35,035 bases of DNA from Planctomycetota bacterium (lineage in GTDB: Bacteria > Planctomycetota > B15-G4 > JADJEK01), in NCBI GenBank assembly GCA_044225365.1, contig JBGAIQ010000056.1:1-35035 (forward strand), given 5' to 3'. The translations under genes and the position numbers were made by a program. The notes under the pieces were generated by a model. That model saw nothing but the letters and a program-made list of their open reading frames with translations, was not told the DNA's origin and ran no database searches. Shown piece by piece: positions 29,533-35,035 of the stretch; within the stretch, counting starts at the first letter, position 1, and each line of letters starts with the position of its first letter.

Positions 29533-30987
29533 ATGAACGATCCTCGCAACGAATCGATCGCGTCGCGTTGGACTCACCTCGCGCGCCGTGAGCTGCTCGC
29601 CGCGAGCGGAGTGTCTCTCGCCTCGCTCGCGCTGAACGGATTGTTCGCGCGCGACGTTCTCGCGAGGCCCGCGCGAGGGACGGGAGGGAGTCTCCCTGCC
29701 CCCCATTTCCCGCCGCGCGCTCGACGAGTGATCTACCTGTTCCAGTCCGGCGGTCCGGCGCAGCAGGATCTGTTCGATCCGAAGCCGCTGCTCGTCGAGA
29801 AGAACGGTCAGCCCCTGCCCGACAGCGTGCGTCAGGGCCAGCGCCTCACCGGCATGTCCGCTTTCCAGGCCGCGCTCCCGCTCGCGGGCAGCGTCTTCCG
29901 CTTCGAGAAGGCGGGCCAATGCGGAATGGAGCTCTCCGAGCTCCTGCCCTATCACGCGAAGATCGCGGACAAGATCTCGCTCATTCGCTCGATGCACACC
30001 GAGGCGATCAATCACGACCCCGCGATCACAATGCTGCAGACCGGCGCGATGCTCGCAGGTCGCCCGTCGTTCGGTTCGTGGGCCTCGTACGGCCTCGGGT
30101 CCATGAACGACGATCTGCCGACGTTCGTCGTCCTCGTCACTCCGAACAAGGGCGATCAGCCGCTGTACGCCCGCTTATGGGGCAGCGGGTTCCTGCCGAG
30201 CGAGCACCAAGGAGTGCAGCTGCGGCCGAACGGCGTCCTCTTCCTCGACGACCCCGCGGGCATCAGCCGCAAGAGCCGGCGCTCGCTGCTCGATGCGATC
30301 GCGAACCTCGACCGAAGGGAGGAGAAGGCTGAACTCGATCCCGAGGTCGGCGCGCGGATCGAGCAGTACGAGATGGCGTTCCGGATGCAGACGAGCGTTC
30401 CGGAGGCGATGGACCTGAAGGGTGAGCCCGAGTCCACGTTCGCACTCTACGGCGAAGACGCGAAGAAGCCGGGCACGTTCGCGGCGAACTGCGTGCTCGC
30501 GCGGCGCCTCGCCGAGCGCGGCGTGCGTTTCATCCAGCTCTATCACCAGGGCTGGGATCAACACGACGGCCTGCCCGGCGCGATCCGCAATCAGACGCGC
30601 GAGACGGATCAACCCGCCGCCGCGCTCATCACGGATCTCGAACGTCGCGGGATGCTCGACGACACGCTCGTGATCTTCGGCGGCGAGTTCGGTCGCACGA
30701 GCTATTGCCAGGGTCGACTCTCCCCCGGCAACTACGGTCGCGATCATCATCCCCGCTGTTTCTCGATCTGGCTCGCGGGCGGCGGAGTGAAGCAAGGCCA
30801 CGTCCACGGCGAGACCGACGAGTACGGCTACAACATCGTCCGCGACCCCGTCCATGTCCACGACCTGCAGGCCACGGTGCTGCACCTCCTCGGCGTCGAC
30901 CACGAGCGACTGACGTATCGCTATCAGGGTCGCGATTATCGGCTCACCGACGTCGAAGGCTCGATCGTGCACGACGTGATCTCCTGA
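29533..30987 (+). CDS. DUF1501 (sulfatase-like) protein with a Tat-type signal
   Basis: ATG 29533. ARRELL twin-arginine motif, VIYLFQSGGP.Q.DLFDPKP, ARRLAERGVRF, WDQH, GEFGRT, GRDHHP, HVHDLQAT. Confidence 0.93.
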   Translation: MNDPRNESIASRWTHLARRELLAASGVSLASLALNGLFARDVLARPARGTGGSLPAPHFPPRARRVIYLFQSGGPAQQDLFDPKPLLVEKNGQPLPDSVRQGQRLTGMSAFQAALPLAGSVFRFEKAGQCGMELSELLPYHAKIADKISLIRSMHTEAINHDPAITMLQTGAMLAGRPSFGSWASYGLGSMNDDLPTFVVLVTPNKGDQPLYARLWGSGFLPSEHQGVQLRPNGVLFLDDPAGISRKSRRSLLDAIANLDRREEKAELDPEVGARIEQYEMAFRMQTSVPEAMDLKGEPESTFALYGEDAKKPGTFAANCVLARRLAERGVRFIQLYHQGWDQHDGLPGAIRNQTRETDQPAAALITDLERRGMLDDTLVIFGGEFGRTSYCQGRLSPGNYGRDHHPRCFSIWLAGGGVKQGHVHGETDEYGYNIVRDPVHVHDLQATVLHLLGVDHERLTYRYQGRDYRLTDVEGSIVHDVIS

Positions 30988-30991
30988 CGGA

Positions 30992-31012
30992 CCGGATTCC
31001 GTCGGAATCCGG
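30992..31012. terminator. Perfect hairpin between convergent genes, possible terminator
   Basis: CCGGATTCC-GTC-GGAATCCGG, 4 nt after the DUF1501 stop. No U-tract on either side. Confidence 0.4.
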
Positions 31013-31045
31013 CTCGACGGGAGATCGCGTGGTTCTCGCGGCCGA

Positions 31046-31180
31046 TCACTCGCCGTCGAGGAGAAGCATGACGATGAGAATGAGCAGGAGCAGACCGCCG
31101 AATCCTCCGAACACTACGCTCTTGGCGAGCGCGCTCACGATGAGAAGGATCAGCACGAGGGCGAAGAATCCGGTAATCAT
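31046..31180 (-). CDS. 44-aa two-helix membrane microprotein
   Basis: Hand translation: MITGFFALVLILLIVSALAKSVVFGGFGGLLLLILIVMLLLDGE*. GAAAGG upstream, GC-rich third positions. Below the track's length cutoff. Confidence 0.7.
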   Translation of the reverse strand: MITGFFALVLILLIVSALAKSVVFGGFGGLLLLILIVMLLLDGE

Positions 31181-31220
31181 GGGGCACGGGGCCTTTCTGT
31201 GGAGAAGATGAACTGCGCGG

Positions 31221-32177
31221 TCACGCGAGTGCGGGACTGTCCATGGTGATCGTCTCGATCACGACGGCGCTGCGCCGGACTACCGAGGCTCCGATCACGC
31301 CGCCGATCAGGGACGCCGCGAGAGCCAGCGCGGCTCCGACGAAAGCGAGCCAGAGAGCGACTTCCGTGTACTTCTTCGCGGTCTCCGCCGCGGCGTCGAT
31401 CTTCGCCCGCAGCTCGTTGGCCTTCGCATTGGTGGACTCGACGAGCTGGTCGATCTGCGCACGAGTCAGATCGGTCCGAATCGCGAGAACGTTCTTCGCG
31501 CTCTCGACTCGACCGGCGAGCAGCTCGCCCGAGGCCTCGACGAGCGTCGCAGCGTCCAGCTTCGCAAGCTGATCCGCCGTCGCCTTGCGGTCGGCTTCGG
31601 TCGCGTTCTCCTTGGTGAGCGCCGTGCGCGCTGCCGACTTGAGCGAAGCCTCGATCTCGAGCGACGAGGTGGAGCGCAGGAGCGGTATCCCGGAGCGCGG
31701 CGCATCACTTCGCCGCGCATCCAGGTTCGAGAGTCCGGTGGCCGCCGCGCTCCCGGCATGCGCCGCCGAATTCAAGACGCTGGTACCGACGCCAAACGCT
31801 CCCCCCACGCCGATCAGCGCGAGGAGCAAGGTTGCGCAAACTCCGAACCCCCACACGGCTGCGCCATGCATCAGGCCGACGGACTTCGAGGGCGAGCCTG
31901 TCAGACGGGCCGTGAGCAGCGCTCCGACGAAGTACGCGACGATCCAGCTCGCGATGATCCAGAGGGTCGCGCTGAGGCTGATCGTGCTCGCTTCGGGGGT
32001 GACGTCCTTCTCGGCGAGGATGCTGACGCCGAGCGCGGAGCCGAGAAGCATCAACAGCCAGCCCAGTCCCGTGATGACTCCGAGTCCCGCGAGGAGTGGC
32101 ACCCAACGGGCGAGGGACGGCGAATTGCGATCGGCGATCATCGTGCGCTCGACTCGATCGAACATGGAAGACTCCAT
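31221..32177 (-). CDS. Membrane protein of unknown function (4 TM, helical linker, C-terminal TM)
   Basis: RWVPLLAG...AYFVGALLTARL...GLMHGAAVWG pattern, Ala-rich helical region, terminal TM. Two possible ATGs (32177 and 32165), each with GGAG. Confidence 0.8.
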   Translation of the reverse strand: MESSMFDRVERTMIADRNSPSLARWVPLLAGLGVITGLGWLLMLLGSALGVSILAEKDVTPEASTISLSATLWIIASWIVAYFVGALLTARLTGSPSKSVGLMHGAAVWGFGVCATLLLALIGVGGAFGVGTSVLNSAAHAGSAAATGLSNLDARRSDAPRSGIPLLRSTSSLEIEASLKSAARTALTKENATEADRKATADQLAKLDAATLVEASGELLAGRVESAKNVLAIRTDLTRAQIDQLVESTNAKANELRAKIDAAAETAKKYTEVALWLAFVGAALALAASLIGGVIGASVVRRSAVVIETITMDSPALA

Positions 32178-32323
32178 GGAGGACTCCTGGATTTCTTGGT
32201 TCTTGGAACGAGAGCGTGAACGTCGCTTGGAGTCGTTTCCGCCCGCACCGAGAACGCGCGATCGCGTCGTCATCGTCGTGCACGTCGGAGTCCAATCGCC
32301 GAATTCTCTCTGGGTTTGTCATG

Positions 32324-32339
32324 CGCAAGACCCATGCCG
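32324..32339 (-). promoter_or_regulatory. Sigma54 (RpoN) -24/-12 promoter
   Basis: Minus strand CGGCATGGGTCTTGCG: GG-N10-GC with GGCA and TTGC cores, intergenic and oriented toward the 32177 gene. Confidence 0.65.
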
Positions 32340-32655
32340 CGAGATCGACGCTCTCGAATCCCCGTTCCACGGCCCAACGCAACGACGACGGCACTCGTTG
32401 GGGCCATCCCGCAGCGTGTGAAGGGTGAAGTCGGCGCGAGATGCGCTTTCCATCCCTCGGTCTTTGTAGAAACGGCCAGCGCCGAATCGTCCCGCTCACG
32501 AGCTGCGCCGCGAGACGAACGGCTCGCAGGTCGGTGCGGAGTCGACCCTCCGCATTTCGGACTGCCGCGCGCGCCGCTCCCATCGCGGTCTGCAACGTGC
32601 TTCGCAAGGACGACGGACTCGAACCATCCGGCCATCCCTCACCCAAGGAGTTCCC

Positions 32656-33144
32656 ATGACCTCTGCCTCGAGATTGCTCGTGCTCGAAACGACCCGAAGC
32701 GCTCTCGTTGCGCAGACCGTGACGGGGATGCTCAACGCCGAGTGCGTCGCCGCCGTCGTTCAAGACTGTGAGGAGAACGATCCGCTCTCCTGGACGCAGC
32801 GCGCGATGGGCACGCGAGGGTGCACCATCCTCGTTCCGAGCGATCAACTCGATCGCGCGAAGCGCATGCTGGACGACTGGAAACGATGCGGTGCGCTCGA
32901 AGCAGCGGCGGTGCGACGCCCGCGCGGGTCGCGCTCTGCGCGCAAACCGTCCGCCCTGCGAACGACTCGCGGGGCCGCACCGAAGAAGAAGACGCGAAAG
33001 GCCGCCGCGACGAAACGCGATGGCGGTGCGAAGAGCGTCAAGAGCCCGACGCGGGCACGGAAAGTCCTATCGAAGGACAAGCCGACCGCGAGCGGTCCGG
33101 GGTCGCGATCGAACCAGAGCCGGGGAAGTAAGAAAGTCCGCTGA
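32656..33144 (+). CDS. DUF2007-like domain fused to a Lys/Arg/Ala-rich histone-H1-like tail
   Basis: AAGGAG SD. N-terminal ALVAQTVTGMLNAECV...ILVPSDQLDRAKRML resembles DUF2007. The last ~75 aa are basic and low-complexity. Confidence 0.6.
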   Translation: MTSASRLLVLETTRSALVAQTVTGMLNAECVAAVVQDCEENDPLSWTQRAMGTRGCTILVPSDQLDRAKRMLDDWKRCGALEAAAVRRPRGSRSARKPSALRTTRGAAPKKKTRKAAATKRDGGAKSVKSPTRARKVLSKDKPTASGPGSRSNQSRGSKKVR

Positions 33145-33292
33145 CCTCGCCCGCCGTATCGGTTCGCACGCTTCTAGGAAGCACCGACTTCGATGTAGAC
33201 TCACTTCCCGCCGCGGATGGTTCGTCCGCTTCTGCTTCCATCTTCCATCGCGCTTGCGGCGAGGTCGTTCGTTCACTCGAGGAGGTTTCGGC

Positions 33293-34360
33293 ATGCGTCT
33301 GCGCTCGTTCGCCCCGTTCGTCGTGATTTCGCTCCTGTATCTGCTCAGCGCGAGTGCATCCGCGCAGACCTGCCCGGGCGCGGCGGATCAGTTCTGGAAG
33401 AACGACAACCTGCCGCAGAATCCGTCCGGCGCGACCGCCGTCGCCGTCGTGCCCGGCCTCTGTCCCGGCGAGGCTTCGGGATCGGTCTTCAACCTCACGA
33501 CGGGCCAGGCGCCGCAGCACGTGAAGCAAGTCTCGGTCGGATTCGGCGCGCAAGGCGGCGTCGGCGGCAAGACTGCTCAGGTGAACATCGAGATCTACGA
33601 CGGCGTCACCTGGAACGGCACCAAACCGGTGCTCGGTCCCAAGGTGTTCGACTACAACGTGGCGAACGGATCGAACGTGACGGTGCAGAGTCACGGCATC
33701 AACGTGTTCGACATCTCGAGCAACAACGTGCTGGTCGGGCAGGGCACGACGGCCTTCGCGGTCGTCTTCCGCATGGTCTCGAACACCAACGGAAGCTGCG
33801 CCGCCGGATACACCGCGAACTTCTTCACCGACGCGACGTCGACGTTCAGCTGCTCCGCGAAACCGAAGGCGAACCTCATGTTCATCCTCGGGCAAGGATT
33901 CGTCGACCCGAGCAACGCCACGGTGAGCGGCTTCCCGCTCTGCCCGCTCTTCTACAACGGCAACTTCGCGATCCGAGCGTGCACCGAGGCCGCGATCTGT
34001 CAGGTCGACAAGGGCTTCGCCGGACCGGGCGACGCGCGCATCAGCATGTGCGGCGGAGATCTCAGCGCCGGCACGTCGGCTCAGTTCAAGCTGGTGAAAG
34101 CGAACGCCAACGTCGTCGGTCTCGCGTTCGTCTCGGTCGCGTTCAACCCGACGTTCGCGGGAGTGATCGGCGGAACGATTTGCCCGGTTCCCGCGCTCAC
34201 GGTCATCGCGCTGCCGACCAATGCGAGCGGTGAGATCCTCGTGCCCGTGCCCGGCGGCGGCGGGCCCGCGTTCTTCTTCGTCCAGATGGTGACGCCGAAC
34301 GCCGCGATGCCGAAGGGTTACGAGGTCACGAACTGCTTGCAGGTCGTGCTGCTCGCCTGA
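33293..34360 (+). CDS. Secreted Cys-containing beta-rich protein with a variant of the shared C-terminal domain
   Basis: ATG 33293 after GGAGG. Signal peptide ends ASASA|QT. Strong codon bias. C-terminal domain at about 33998-34360. Confidence 0.88.
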   Translation: MRLRSFAPFVVISLLYLLSASASAQTCPGAADQFWKNDNLPQNPSGATAVAVVPGLCPGEASGSVFNLTTGQAPQHVKQVSVGFGAQGGVGGKTAQVNIEIYDGVTWNGTKPVLGPKVFDYNVANGSNVTVQSHGINVFDISSNNVLVGQGTTAFAVVFRMVSNTNGSCAAGYTANFFTDATSTFSCSAKPKANLMFILGQGFVDPSNATVSGFPLCPLFYNGNFAIRACTEAAICQVDKGFAGPGDARISMCGGDLSAGTSAQFKLVKANANVVGLAFVSVAFNPTFAGVIGGTICPVPALTVIALPTNASGEILVPVPGGGGPAFFFVQMVTPNAAMPKGYEVTNCLQVVLLA

Positions 34361-34362
34361 CC

Positions 34363-35035
34363 TCAGGCCTCGGTCAGTCGAAGAATGAACGCCTGCGCCC
34401 GGATCGTGAATCCGCCGGGGAGCGGAGGCAATGTCGCGTTGACGGTCACGGATGCACCGCCGACCGAACCATTGTTGGTCTTCAACGGCAAGGTCACGGG
34501 CAGCAGTTGACTCAGGTAGAGATGACAGCCGTTGGGAAGGACCGCGTTCGCCGCGCCGGCGCCGAACAACATCACGACCGGTGCGTTGCCGATGCAGTTG
34601 TCGATCTTCAACAGAACGTGTCCACCGGTAGCGAAGCACCCGGTGATGTCCAAGGTCGGCACGAAGTTCAGCGAGCCCTTGCATCCCGCCCCCACGTTCG
34701 CCGACGTACCGCAAGCACCTTTGTAGACGCGTACGTACTCCGGCAAACGCTGATCGCTCGTCGAGTGCATCCCGACCGCGAAGTCGGACGCTCCCTGGGA
34801 ATCAATGTCACCCGGGATCGCGACGGAGATGCCGAAATGATCGAGGGCGTGCGCGCCTTCCACCTGGTAGAGCTTTGCGAACGATGCTCCGGAGAACAAC
34901 GTCGCGGTACCGGCCGCCACGACGCCCCCGTGGATGTCTTCGTTGGGCGCGCCGACGACGAGATCGGGAATTCCGTCTCCACTCAGATCCTCGCCGCTCG
35001 CGACCGCGAAACCGAATTGCGATCCTGGGACGTCC
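34363..35035 (-). CDS. Integrin-alpha-type FG-GAP protein, 5' end outside the window, with a truncated shared C-terminal domain
   Basis: Frame is open to the right edge: SQFGFAVASGEDLSGDGIPDLVVGAP, HFGISVAIPGDID. C-terminal domain at 34363-34713. Confidence 0.85.
   Translation of the reverse strand, partial: DVPGSQFGFAVASGEDLSGDGIPDLVVGAPNEDIHGGVVAAGTATLFSGASFAKLYQVEGAHALDHFGISVAIPGDIDSQGASDFAVGMHSTSDQRLPEYVRVYKGACGTSANVGAGCKGSLNFVPTLDITGCFATGGHVLLKIDNCIGNAPVVMLFGAGAANAVLPNGCHLYLSQLLPVTLPLKTNNGSVGGASVTVNATLPPLPGGFTIRAQAFILRLTEA

Noticed and set aside
32340-32655. ncRNA or tRNA in the longest intergenic region
   Set aside because: A few hairpins but no cloverleaf or recognisable RNA family. 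More simply explained as a divergent regulatory region.

Overview
High-GC bacterial DNA, most likely Planctomycetota, judged from the planctomycete cytochrome c/DUF1549/DUF1553 gene paired with DUF1501. About 22 real CDSs; most long ORFs in the supplied track are antisense or off-frame shadows. In order: partial Wzx flippase (missing from the track), orphan GspG-like pseudopilin, secreted Kelch protein, coupled speD-speE-O-antigen-ligase/TPR genes followed by an SGNH protein, fdhD with a FdhF/YdeP molybdoenzyme, TerC, HAF-repeat protein, a clan GH-A glycosidase coupled to a membrane protein, a secreted FG-GAP-like protein, Ski2-like helicase, ArnT-like glycosyltransferase, 14-repeat FG-GAP protein, the DUF1553/DUF1501 pair, a sigma54-type promoter ahead of a membrane protein and an unannotated 44-aa protein, a DUF2007-like protein with a histone-H1-like tail, and two more secreted proteins. 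Strongest signal: four otherwise unrelated secreted proteins share a ~120-130 aa Cys-containing C-terminal domain. Three end in an exactly spaced Q-x10-G-x3-T-[NQ]-x-L-x-[LV] motif and the fourth is truncated. This is a candidate protein-sorting or surface-anchoring module. No rRNA, tRNA, CRISPR array or intact mobile element was seen. Family assignments come from motif recognition by eye, not database searches.
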